64,000 nucleotides of DNA, taken from the NCBI GenBank assembly GCA_964016885.1, contig OZ024742.1, positions 122,636,001 through 122,700,000 of the forward strand, given 5' to 3'. Both the position numbers and the translations under genes were made by a program. Source of the stretch: Eledone cirrhosa. Lineage: Eukaryota. This document shows positions 45,282 through 57,349 of the stretch, piece by piece. Each line of letters begins with the position of its first letter. Within the stretch, counting starts at the first letter, position 1. A model generated the notes under the pieces. That model did no database searches. It had not been told where the DNA came from and saw nothing but the letters and a program-made list of their open reading frames with translations.

Positions 45282-45283
<2 letters not shown>
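44503..45283. mobile_element. 258-bp-unit repeat in fold-back plus tandem arrangement, containing tRNA-like sequences
   Basis: Minus copy 44577-44836 with tail 44503-44576; plus-strand tandem copies 44840-45283 (period 44938 to 45196); flanked by (TA)n. Confidence 0.85.
45079..45149 (+). tRNA. tRNA-like sequence (tRNA-Gln-like frame, non-canonical anticodon loop); other copies 44622-44692 (-) and partial 44840-44893 (+)
   Basis: Cloverleaf GATGTGT/GTACATC acceptor, GTGT-AATGGTA-GCAC D arm, TGGT-CTGGATA-ACCA anticodon arm (in the other two copies; TGGA here), TTCGA T loop, downstream TTTTT. Probably a pseudo-tRNA or SINE head. Confidence 0.6.
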
Positions 45284-45327
<44 letters not shown>

Positions 45328-45517
45328 CAGTCACATACACACACACACAACACAAATATATATATACTGGCAAAGAACAAAACAAAAACAAGGAGTGCAG
45401 TTACGAACAGTGTCGGTATTAGTTTCACCCTTGTGAAATAGTGAATCTTCGTGTAGTTAATTCTAGCCTTCATAAGGAAAATACCTCAGAATATCAATGT
45501 ATGTATGTATGATGTAT

Positions 45518-45625
<108 letters not shown>

Positions 45626-45856
45626 AATATATTTTTTAAAACGGGTAAAATTCCATACAAAACACAGGTTATAGTTAAAAGATGAAGATGAAAAGGCACA
45701 TGTATATTTAAAGATTATTTTTTATATAATCCGACAGAATATATATAATTCTTGCATTAAATATAATGGTTTCAATTGGTATAACAATATTATAAAATAT
45801 TCACTATTTAACCTCTAATATTTGATAAGAATGTTATACCAATGGAAACCGTTATA

Positions 45857-45891
<35 letters not shown>

Positions 45892-45918
45892 TGTATCTAT
45901 CTATCTATCTATCTATCC

Positions 45919-45966
<48 letters not shown>

Positions 45967-45976
45967 ATCTATCTAT

Positions 45977-46965
45977 CGTGGGCGCCTGGCACACCGAGTG
46001 TGCCCAGGCGCTCACGGCTCTCTGGCAGGCGGACCCGGCTGTCAGTGGAGAATCCACCTCGTCATTCTATAGAGGGCTGGTGGTTAGCAGGTGCGAAGAC
46101 GCCCTCGGAGAAGCCCTAGGCATGGAGGAAGACGAACTGGCCAACCTGTTCGGTAGGACATTCAGCCCGGACCCATGGATAGCTTCCAGATGTCCCTGGC
46201 CTGGCAATGCTACAGAAGGGCTCTGCTCGTTCAAGAAAGGCTCTACAGACACGGGCGCCCGGGTAGGGACCCCTCGAAAAGATCTGTCCCAGATGCGTGT
46301 ACGACGAGGAAACCGTTGCACACGCATTGGTACACTGCTCGGGCATTGCCGATCTGTGGGGCTATGTCGAACAACTGCTGTCAAGGGTGGGACCGATCCG
46401 GTTGACCACCGAGTCTATTGTAAAGATAAAGCCGCCTCCCCTCTTCAAAAACGAAGAAGAGGCGGTGTTTCTGTGCGTAATAGCCATGGCGAAAGAGGTT
46501 GTATGGTGGACGCGTCTGAAAGGACTGAGGTCAGACACCTTTCTCTCTGGCCAACAACTGGTCCGTTTCTTCCGATATCATTTCGGAAGAAGGATCAGGA
46601 TGGAGAGAGAGGTGCTGCACCCCAGCCGTTTTTATGAAAGATGTGTGAAAGTGGCGAGAATGGCCCATGTGAATGGGCCTTCACTCTACATCAGACTATA
46701 GGTGAGGAAGATGAAAGACCAAGGGAGCACCCCTTCTCTGTGCTCCTGAGGAAAAGGGTTGCACACTTTTTTTCGGGGGTGTGTGCGACCCCCCAAGGCG
46801 CCTCCTCTCTATTGAGGACTTTGTTATAAATTTTATTTTTTGTTATATTTTATTTTATTTTTATATATTGTTATTGCCTACTCCTTATTGAGGACGCCTT
46901 GTTTTGTAAACTCCCTCATTGTACTTGTCCCACTTTTGATGCGCTGGTGGCAAATAAAAGAAACA
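45977..46965 (+). mobile_element. 5'-truncated Tx1-like copy in (CTAT)n
   Basis: Homologous to 51798-52840; contains frameshifts. Confidence 0.92.
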
Positions 46966-47048
<83 letters not shown>

Positions 47049-47268
47049 ATCTGGGATGGACACACGCGTATAACTTGCTGAGTAAGTTCTGTTTAAATTT
47101 CTATAGAAATTCTTGTCTGATAACTTTAATTTTTGTACCATTTTGTAGAGGGACTGCCATGTCAAACTTTGATCTGGTCAGTCTCTCAAAATATTCTACG
47201 CCTTTAGGCGAAATAGTTAAACAAAAAAAAAAAAGTTTTTTCTTGTTGAAAAGTCAATATTTTTTTAA

Positions 47269-48615
47269 ATGGCCGAAGCTTCTTCACCAAAATTCGAAGG
47301 AGGAAAGGGGAAGATGAACTTACAGCTTCCCCCTGCCACTGTCACAGTAGCAGAGGTCAAGAAGAAAGGTCAGCCAGAGGAAGAATTCTCTCCACCTGTT
47401 AACCGACAACTTGACGTTGACATGGCAACAACCCAAAGAACCAGCAGCAACAGCAACAACAACAACAATGCGACGGACGAAAACAACACCAATAACAATA
47501 ACAATAACAACAACAACAAGACCAATAACGGTGACAACAACAACAATGATAACAACAACACCACCAACGACAACAACAACACAAACAAACAAAATTTCTC
47601 CTTCGCCGAGACGACGAGGAAAACCCTCGACTATCTGCCAGTAGATATAACAAAAGCGAAGGAGCTACTGGCGGATGCGAAAAAATATATAGTGTACGGA
47701 GAAAATGGTTCATTCACAATCCATTCCCCCCCGGAACTAAAAAGCCAGAGACTCCTAAACACGGTCATGTTTAGGACAATCTCGAACAAAAGTAAAAAAC
47801 CAGCTCAACCATCACAGAGCGAGATAGAGCTGGTTTTAAAAGACGTCATGAAGGACATCACCTTCATTCAGAAGGATAGACTCTACGGGAGTCTATCCAT
47901 TCTCATGAAGGACAGGGACACAGCAGTGAAACTGTCCATCAAACCAATCACATCCATCGCATACACCTTCTACCCTACGTACATGGGTAGAAGAACACAA
48001 AATAAAAATAAAATAAAAATCCACACTATTCTGCCGATTATGGACATATGGTGGGTTTTGACAGGTTTTATGGAGGATGACATGCTGGTGTCCATGGGAA
48101 AGGCATCGGGTGACGCGTTCCGTGGAACGAGCCTCGAACTTGTAGTTCAAATGAGGCCCGAAAGGATCGCCCAGATCCCTGAACGCGTCATACTGGATGA
48201 TCTAACCTTCATCAACATTACCGTTGAGGGTAGACGGACCTCGTGTTACCTCTGCGGAACCAGAGGTCACCTGAGGGCTGTCTGTCCCCAACTTAATAAG
48301 AAAACCCCAATCCTGCCTACACCACCAACAACTGCACAACCAACACAATCACCACAACTACCACTACAAAAACAACCACCACAGCTCAAACCAAAACAAA
48401 ACAATGTCCAACCCATCCCCTCCACTAAAAAAACAAAAACAATTTCCAAAACACCCGTACCGCAAACACAACCCGAAAATATACCCCTCCGCTCCAACGC
48501 GGAAGATGACCCTAGTTCGTCGTCAGACGAGGAGGAGCACTTCCACACAATCAAAAGAAAAAAAAGAAAACACACCTCAGACACACAAATGAAAAAAACC
48601 CTCCCCAAAACATAA
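47269..48615 (+). CDS. ORF1 (gag-like nucleic-acid-binding protein)
   Basis: 448 aa; Asn-rich N-terminus, ITVEGRRTSCYLCGTRGHLRAVCP zinc knuckle, Pro/Gln/Lys-rich tail. May originally have extended toward 49061. Confidence 0.85.
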   Translation: MAEASSPKFEGGKGKMNLQLPPATVTVAEVKKKGQPEEEFSPPVNRQLDVDMATTQRTSSNSNNNNNATDENNTNNNNNNNNNKTNNGDNNNNDNNNTTNDNNNTNKQNFSFAETTRKTLDYLPVDITKAKELLADAKKYIVYGENGSFTIHSPPELKSQRLLNTVMFRTISNKSKKPAQPSQSEIELVLKDVMKDITFIQKDRLYGSLSILMKDRDTAVKLSIKPITSIAYTFYPTYMGRRTQNKNKIKIHTILPIMDIWWVLTGFMEDDMLVSMGKASGDAFRGTSLELVVQMRPERIAQIPERVILDDLTFINITVEGRRTSCYLCGTRGHLRAVCPQLNKKTPILPTPPTTAQPTQSPQLPLQKQPPQLKPKQNNVQPIPSTKKTKTISKTPVPQTQPENIPLRSNAEDDPSSSSDEEEHFHTIKRKKRKHTSDTQMKKTLPKT

Positions 48616-49086
48616 CACTGACACCAACACAAAAGAGCTCACAACAACAGCAAACAAAAAACACCACACAAAAACAAAAACATGCATACACATACATAAA
48701 CACAAGAAACAAAAAACTGTTAAACATTGTGTACAACAACAATCTAATAAAAACACAAGGGCCTAACTTCACCCAGGCAGGGGATTTCCCCACCTCAAAA
48801 TGATTAAGGCCCCACAAGACACCTATAAAACTTTAAAAAACAATTTTAAAGAGGACGTGGGTCCCCCCTGCGTCGGGCCCATTAACCGCGTCCTCCTAAA
48901 AAAACTATCCCACCCCCTCCCCAAACACCCACACAACTCCAAGCTCCCCAACCACACAACACACTGATGCCCCCACACTTCCACAAACCACCACCCCACC
49001 CAACAACCCATCCCCCACCCTAATGGAAATTGTGCAGCCCGATACCGGGTCAGAGAGGTAAGTGCCTTTTCTCTTCACCACCAACA

Positions 49087-52000
49087 TGGCTATGCTAAGA
49101 GTAGGCTGTTTAAATGCGCGTGGCCTGGGCTCAACTTGGAAGCAAGCAATGCTTCTAAATGACCTCAGGTCACAACGTATAGATGTGATGGTTATTTGCG
49201 AGGCCCGGATCAGCAACGTGCGACAGCTGGCCCCCACCTTTGATGACTTTGAGATGCACGCATCTCTCTGTCAGCCCGGAGGTGGGGGTGGAGTTGTCGT
49301 TCTGCTGCAAAAACATCTGGGTCTCGCAACACAGATGGTACATTTGGACCCGGAGGGTCGACTAGTGGTTCTGGACCTTGGCAGTGGTAAAGGCGGAGCG
49401 TTTAGGTTGGTAGCCGCCTACGGCCCTTTCAGGTCAATGCGGCCGGACTTCTTCCATCGTCTGGAGACTTTTCTAGGGACGTCTCGCTCCTTGCTATTAG
49501 TGGGGGACTGGAATGGTATCCTAGATGCACGCTGGGACAAGTAGGGGCCTGCCCCGATAGAGAGGGGTGTAATAGCCTCAAAGGGTTAATCGGTCGATTT
49601 GACCTGGCCGATAGATATCGACTAGATTTTCCGACTGCGCCAGCCTGGACTTGGGCAAATCGTAGCGGATCATCTAGGTCGTACCTAGATAGGTTCTTAG
49701 TTAGAATTAAGGATAAGGACTTTTTAAGTTGTCCAAAAATGCGCATGGTTGGCTATTCAGACCACAAATTAGTGACCTGCATGGTCAACCTTGACAGAAC
49801 TCATAGACAGGGCCCCGGTTACTGGAAGCTCAACTTGTCCTTGCCGGCAAGTAGAGCCTACAGGAATCGGATTAGTACGTTAGTTAAGGAACGGTTGACT
49901 GGAGCGATCGTCAACAGCAGGTGGTGGGTATCTCTAAAGAGAGAGATTAGAGTAGTCTCGATAGAATTTAGTAAGGTTCTAGCTGCGGATAGGAATAGGA
50001 AGGAAAGGGAGATAATAGATAGAGTAGAAGAGGCAATTAGAAGCGGCGACGTGGCCAGAGTGCTAGCGTCGAGAACGGCTTTGAGCCAGTTTTTCGACGC
50101 GAAGCACGAAGGCTGCGTTGTCCGAAGTAAAATACGTGCTCTATGGAACGAGGGGACCAAAGCTGTTAGCTGGGCCCGCGTGACAGAGGCCAACAGTGGA
50201 ACTAAATCCTCCATCCGGTCTTTGCGAGACCTGGATGGACGGGCGATTCTTGAGCCTAAGCAGATGTGTGAGGCCTTTCAAAGGCACTTTGCCCGACTGT
50301 TCGGGAGGGGCGGGGAGCCGGTTGGGAACGTGGACTTCGGTCCATACCTCGACGGCCTGCCGCACCTCTCGGACAGGGAGGCGAAGTCCTGCGAGGAGCC
50401 GATTTCGGCCGCTGAGATAGAGGACGTGCTGAGCCAATGCGGCAAACGCAAATCCCCGGGTCTCGATGGTCTTCCTTACGAATTATATCTAGCTATGCCG
50501 GACTTGTTCCCCGATCTCCTCGAGGCGGTCTACTGCAACTGGCAACAGAACGGGAGAATTCCCTGTACTGTGGCCAAGGGCGTAGTCACGCTAGTGAGGA
50601 AGGACGAGAACAAGGGGGACGAAATAAGTAACTTCAGGCCCATAACTCTGCTAAATACAGAGTTACAGATTTTGGCCAAGGTGCTAGCAAAGAGGTTGGC
50701 GCTTGTCGTGGGCAACCTGGTGGGAGATGCGCAGACATGCGCTATCCCGTCCAGGTCCATCCATGACAACCTCCACCTCATGCGATACATCATAGAGAGG
50801 GTTGGGAACGAACCCGGCTTTGGTGGGGCTCTGATCAACTTGGATCAATCTAAGGCGTTCGATAGGGTCGACCATGGTTACCTGGATGCGGTGCTAGCGG
50901 CGGCAGGCTTCGGACCCGTTTTCAGGGGCTGGATCACTGCTATGCACAGCAGCCGCATCTGCTCTAGGGTCAAGGTGAACGGCTACCTCTCGGAGCCGTT
51001 CAAAATCGCGCGGTCCATCCGACAAGGGTGCCCTCTCTCCTCCCTTCTGTATGTGTTTACTCTCGAGCCACTACTGCGGAAGTTGGAGTTGTTGCAGGGC
51101 ATCCCTTTGGAACCGGGATTGCGGAAAGCGGTGTCGGCCTACGCCGATGACGTGACAGTAATGGTGTCGACGGCCTCCGAAATCGAGGCGGTCGGCACCT
51201 TACTGGAGGAGTACGAAAAGTTCACAGGGGCTAAGCTGAACCGGGACAAGTCGATCGGTTTGCAACTCGGCACGTGGAGGGGCAGACCGATGCCCTCCGA
51301 TGGCGTCGTCGGACGCTGGACGGAGGGCCCGGTGAAGTTGCTCGGGGTCTGGTTCGGACCGGACCTCCAGGTGGAGAAAAACTTGGCGGAGGTTACGAAC
51401 AGGGTGTTTGCACTGACCCAGAAGTGGGCCAGTTGCAAACTATCCCTGAAAGGTCGGGCGGAGGTGGCGAACACCTACATAGCGTCCGTCATCTACTACC
51501 GCCTGACCGTAGTGCCCTGCCCAAGGGAAACCCTCACCAAGATGGAGCGCGCGCTCTTCCAATTCCTTTGGAAGAGGCGGGCTCCTATGGTGAGGAGATC
51601 CATCTGCTGTCAACACCCTTCGAAAGGAGGGCTGGGGATGCCGTGGCTAATGATGCGTAAACACGCATTAAGGCTACGGCACCTCTACGTATTCCTCACC
51701 CGACAACCGGTGTGGGCCTCGTTTGTGAGACAAACCTTTCCCAGACTCGTCTCACTCACCGAGCTGCAATCCTGGGTCAAGCAAAGACCGAGAAAACTGG
51801 GCGCCTGGCACACTGAGTGTGCCCAGGCGCTCACCGCCCTCTGGCAGGCGGATCCGGTTATCAGTGGAGACTCCACCGCAACATTCTATAGAGGGCTGGT
51901 ACGCAGCAGGTGCGACGACGCCCTCGGAGAAGCCCTAGACATGGAGGAGGACGAACTGGCCAGCCTGTTCGGTAGGACATTCAGCCCGGGACCTATGGAC

Positions 52001-52522
52001 AACTTCCAGAACTCCCTGGCCTGGCAGTGCTACCGAGGAGCTTTACTCGTTCGAGAAAGGCTCTACAGACACGGGCGCCCGGGTAGCGACCCCGCCAAAA
52101 AGATCTGTCCCAGATGCGTGTGCGACGAGGAAACCGTTGCACACGCATTGGTACACTGCTCGGGCGTAGCCGATCTGTGGGGCTATGTCGAACAACTGCT
52201 GTCAAGGGTGGGACCGATCCGGTTGACCACCGAGTCTATTGTAATGATCAAGCCGCCTCCCCCCTTCAAAGATGAAGCAGAGGCGGTGTTTCTGGGCGTA
52301 ATAGCCATGGCGAAAGAGGTTGTATGGTGGACGCGTCTGAAAGGACTGAGGTCAGGCACCTTTCTCTCTGGCCAACAACTGGTCCGTTTCTTCCGATATC
52401 ATTTCGGAAGAAGGATCAGGATGGAGAGAGAGGTGCTGCACCCCAGTCGTTTTTATGAAAGGTGGGTGAAAGTGGCGAGAATGGCCCGTGTGAATGGGCC
52501 TTCTCTTTACATGAGCCTGTAG
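49087..52522 (+). CDS. ORF2: apurinic-like endonuclease plus reverse transcriptase (one frameshift near 49540)
   Basis: CLNARGL, ICEAR, VGDWN, SYLDRF, SDH (APE); KSPGLDG, RPITLLN, DQSKAFD, RQGCPLS, YADD (RT); CPRC...ETVAHALVHC. The frames join if one base is restored at GACAA^GTA. Confidence 0.92.
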
Positions 52523-52841
52523 GTGGAAAATAGGAAGGAACGAGGGAGCACCCCCTCTCTGTGCTCCTGGGGAAAAGGGTTGCACACTTTTTTCGGGGGT
52601 GTGTGCGACCCCCCAAGGCGCCTCCTCTCTATTGAGGATTTTGTTATAAATTTTATTTTTTGTTATATTTAATAACAAAATCCTCTACTGAGGATTTTGT
52701 TATAATTCTATTTTTTGTTATATTTTATTTTATTTTTATATATTGTTATTGCCTCCTCCCTATTGAGGACGCCTTGTTTTGTAAACTCCCCCCATTGTAC
52801 TTGTCCCACTTTTGATGCCCTTGTGGCAAATAAAAGAAACA

Positions 52842-52912
<71 letters not shown>

Positions 52913-52920
52913 TTATCTAT

Positions 52921-52964
<44 letters not shown>

Positions 52965-52972
52965 TTATCTAT

Positions 52973-53004
<32 letters not shown>

Positions 53005-53006
<2 letters not shown>

Positions 53007-53957
53007 CTGGCAGGCGGACCCGGCTGTCAGTGGAGAATCCACCTCGTCATTCTATAGAGGGCTGGTGGTTAGCAGGTGCGACGACGTCCTCGGAGAAGCC
53101 CTAGGCATGGAGGAAGACGAACTGGCCAACCTGTTCGGTAGGACATTCAGCCCGGGTCCCATGGATAACTTCCAGAGGTCCCTGGCCTGGCAATGCTACA
53201 GAAGGGCTCTGCCCGTTCGAGACAGGCTCTACAGACACGGACGCCCGGGTAGGGACCTCTCGAAAAAGATCTGTCCCAGATGCGTGTGCGACGAGGAAAC
53301 CGTTGCACACGCATTGGTACACTGCTCGGGCATTGCCGATCTGTGGGGCTATGTCGAACAATTGCTGTCAAGGGTGGGACCGATCCGGTTGACCACCGAG
53401 TCTATTGTAACGATAAAGCCGCCCGCCCCCCCTCTTCAAAAACGAAGAAGAGGCGGTGTTTCTGTGCGTAATAGCTATGGCGAAAGAGGTTGTATGGTGG
53501 ACGCGACTGAGGGGACTGAGGTCAGACACCTTTCTCTCTGGCCAACAACTGGTCCGTTTCTTCCGATATCATTTCGGAAGAAGGATCAGGATGGAGAGAG
53601 AGGTGCTGCACCCCAGCCGTTTTTATGAAAGATGGGTGAGAGTGGCGAGAATGACCCGTGTGAATGGGCCTTCACTCTACATCAGACTATAGGTGAGGAC
53701 GATGAAAGACCAAGGGAGCACCCCCTCTCTGTGCTCCCGAGGAAAAGGTTGCACACTTTTTTTCGGGGGTGTCTGCGACCCCCCAAGGCGCCTCCTCTCT
53801 ATTGAAGACTTTGTTATAAATTTTATTTTTTGTTATATTTTATTTTATTTGTATATATTGTTATTGCCTCCTCCTTATTGAGGACGCCTTGTTTTGTAAA
53901 CTCCCCCCATTGTACTTGTGCCACTTTTGATGCCCTGGTGGCAAATAAAAGAAACAT
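53005..53957 (+). mobile_element. 5'-truncated Tx1-like copy in (CTAT)n
   Basis: Homologous to ~51839-52840; frameshift in a C-run near 53425. Confidence 0.92.
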
Positions 53958-54009
53958 ATCTATCTATCTATCTATATCTATCTATCTATCTATATATATA
54001 TATATATAT

Positions 54010-57000
54010 TTCGTTCCTGAATTTGTTTAGCAAGATTCTTTATCTGAAAACGTGTGTTGAAACCGATATTGTTATACTTTGGGAGGGTCATGTTGCCAAT
54101 AAGAAATACTCGCACCAGTTGCTTTCACTTCAATTTATTATAATAAATTTATAAATTTAGGAATTTATAAATTTCCGGTTGGTTGGTTGATTTCATAATC
54201 AGATGGTTGTTTATATATTGTCAAAGTTATTTCGTCACACATTCTGTGACCTCTTCAGTGACTGGGGATTACTTTCTTTGTTTCTTTGTTTTTGTGCCCC
54301 TCCTTTGTTCTGTCCTACGCCATTTTGTTTCTGTGTGTTGTGTGCTCAGTCTGCGCATGCGCCACATCCGGGTGTCTGTGTGTGTTTATATTCGTTTATT
54401 TATTTGTTTATTTACATGTTACCGGTTGGTTGTTTGTTCTATGTGCGTGTGTGTTTTCATTTTGTACTTAATTGTAAGTTGTGATGTTGCTGTTCCACTC
54501 ACATTTTTACTATTTAATTTTGGTTGTAATTCTTTTATGTTTATTGCCTCTGTGATTCGTCTAAACATTGCGTCTTTTCTGTGGGTAGATTATATTTTTA
54601 TTTCTATGTTCTCTAATTTACCCTTATGTTCTATTTTAGCATGTTGGTAGAGTATAGATGATTCTTTTCTATCTTGAAGGTCTCGCCAGTGTTCATTTAT
54701 CCGTTCCCCTACACTAGGAGCTGTCTCACCTATGTACACTATATTTTTGTCTCTACATTGTCCTTCAGTACATATTATGCTATATACTATATTTCTAGTT
54801 TTACAGTTAATATGGGGGTTTAATTTACAGGTTATACATTTCTTATCTATACAGGGATGTCTTTGAAAAGGGTATGTCTTGCTAATAAGTGTTTTTACGG
54901 AGTTACCTGGTCTTTCTACTATCTTAATATTGAGTTTATGTTTGTCTAGGGCCCTTCTAAATTTGTAAGCTAATTCACCTCTAGGGGTTGTATCGATGAA
55001 CATTACACTCTGATATTTATTGCTATCATACCATGAGTTTATTCTATTAGCCTTATTCCTAGTTCTTTCTATTCTATTCCAAAATTTGCTCCTATACAAG
55101 GGGCAGGTCCCATTTGTGTCATTATTTACCATTTTTTCCCATTTGGTTCTGGCTCCTCTATACATTCTGATTTTATCTCTCTGATTCTAACCAGAGAACT
55201 GCATACGGGGGATGAAGTGTTGTATGTGTCTCTCTAGTTCTTCGGGGTTGCACATGCGGCACACGTTTCTCATCACCCTTACCAAATCCGCAATCAGTAT
55301 GTTGATTTTGGTATGGTCCGAAACAGCTAAGTTTCGGTGGATCAGATATTTGGAAGTCATAGGTTTGGCATAATGGAAATGGAAGATTTGTTTTTTGTTA
55401 TTAATGGTATCTAACCAGAGCTCTGTGTCTAGTACAGTTAATCGATGGTTCGGGTGTTTACTTGGGTAGTCTATAGTAACTCTAATACTCTGGTGGATGG
55501 AGTTAGCTATTTGCTGGATGCTTTCCATTGTGTTTTTCTCTAATTCCTGACTGTTCTCTAGTGGGGGTGTTTTAACTATGATGTTTATATCATCAACGTA
55601 GCGGGAGTACATTATCAGGGTTAAGGGGTCTTCTAATTGTTCTTTAAGTTTAAGTTTAAGTCTACTGTCCCACCATACCATGAATAAGTTAGCTATGTCG
55701 CCTGCAATGCTAACACCAATGGCTGCTCCTTCCTCTTGGGCATATGTTTTTCCATTAAATTTGAACATATGTTCCTTAAGGGTTAATTTTATGCTGGCCT
55801 CCACCGCATGTGCAATCATTTTCTTCAGTTCATCGTGGTTTTCAGGTGTCCGTATGGCTCTGGTCCACCCGTTCCATCTATCTGTGTGGGTTTTCTTGGC
55901 AATTGAGGTAATGGTAGGTGGTCAGCCTCTTGCTGGTCTTGTAGGGCACAGGTTGCTAAGGTCATATGTGTCTAGGTAATTATGACTATAGGTAAGTTTA
56001 AGTAGGATTTGGTACGGGTGATGAGAAACGTGTCCCGCATGTGCAACCCCGAAGAACTAGAGAGACACATACAACACTTCATCCCCCGTATGCAATTCTC
56101 TGGTTACAATCAGAGAGATAGAATCAGAGTGTATAGAGGAGCCAGAACCAAATGGGAAAAAATGGTAAATAATGACATAAATGGGACCTGCCCCTTGTAT
56201 AGGAGCAAATTTTGGAATAGAATAGAAAGAACTAGGAACAAGGCCAATAGAATAAACTCATGGTATGATAGCAATAAATACCAGAGTGTTATGTTCATCA
56301 ATACAACCCCTAGAGGCGAACTAGCCTACAAATTTAGAAGGGCCCTAAATAAACATAAACTCAATATTAAGATAGTAGAAAGACCAGGTACTTCCGTAAA
56401 AACACTTATTAGCAAGACATACCCTTTTCAAAGACCCCTCTGTATAGATAAGAAATGTATAACCTGTAAATTAAGCCCCCATATTAACTGTAAAACTAGA
56501 AATGCAGTATATAGCATAAGATGTACTGAAGGACAATGTAGAGACAAAACTATAGTGTACATAGGTGAGACAGCTCGTAGTGTAGGGGAACGGATAAATG
56601 TACACTGGCGAGACCTTCAAGATAGTAAAGAATCATCTATACTCTACCAACATGCTAAAATAGATCATAAGGGTAAATTAGAGAACATAGAAATAAAAAT
56701 ATAATCTACCCACAGAAAAGACGCAATGTTTAGACAAATCACAGAGGCAATAAACATAAAAGAATTACAACCAAAATTAAATAGAAAATATGAGTGGAAC
56801 AGCAACATCACAACTTAAAATTAAGTACAAAATGAAAACACACACGCACATAGAACAAACAACCAACCTGTAACATGTAAATAAACAAATAAATAAACGA
56901 ATATAAACACACACAGACACCCGGATGTGGCGCATGCGCAGACTGAGCACACCCCACACACAGAAACAAAATGGTGTAGGACAGAACAAAGGAGGGGCAC

Positions 57001-57220
57001 AAAAACAAAGAAAATAATCCCCAGTCACTGAAGAGGTCACATAATGTGTGACGAAAGAACTTTGACAATATATAAACAACCAGCTGATTATGGAACCAAC
57101 CAACCAGCCGGAAATTTATAAATTCCTAAATTTATAAATTTATTATAATAAATTGAAGTGAAAGCAACTGGTGCGTGTGTTTCTTATTGGCAACATGACC
57201 CTCCCAAAGTATAACAATAT
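54010..57220. mobile_element. Neptune-like Penelope element in inverted (heads-in) configuration: minus copy 54010-~56005 with tail, plus copy ~56005-57220
   Basis: RT motifs QEEGAAIG, YSRYVDD, VLDTELW; CxxxxCxxC linker; VYSIxC..YIGET GIY-YIG; both copies 5'-truncated with stops. Confidence 0.93.
57024..57066 (+). ncRNA. Minimal hammerhead ribozyme in PLE 3' UTR (mirror copy on minus strand at 54220-54262)
   Basis: GTCA-CTGAAGA-g-GTCACA-taatg-TGTGAC-GAAA-gaac-TT-TGAC. Confidence 0.78.
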
Positions 57221-57349
57221 ATATATATATATATAAAACCTAAATATTTAAACATACACCAATTAAACAAAGTCACAGGTATATATGTGTTTTAGCAACT
57301 TTTCACGATGTGGCTCAATGGAGAATTAATAAATGAAATAATCAGAGCA

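Larger units (their letters stand above)
47051..52842 (+). mobile_element. Near full-length Tx1-clade (L1 group) non-LTR retrotransposon flanked by (CTAT)n
   Basis: 5' UTR, ORF1 with CCHC knuckle, ORF2 with APE, RT and C-terminal zinc finger, 3' UTR ending AATAAAAGAAAC directly before (ATCT)n. Confidence 0.92.

Noticed and set aside
47051-47268. HDV-like ribozyme at the Tx1 5' end
   Set aside because: I could not fold the nested double pseudoknot by eye.
49429-53371. Antisense and alternative-frame ORFs over the Tx1 element
   Set aside because: Expected shadow ORFs of GC-rich coding sequence.
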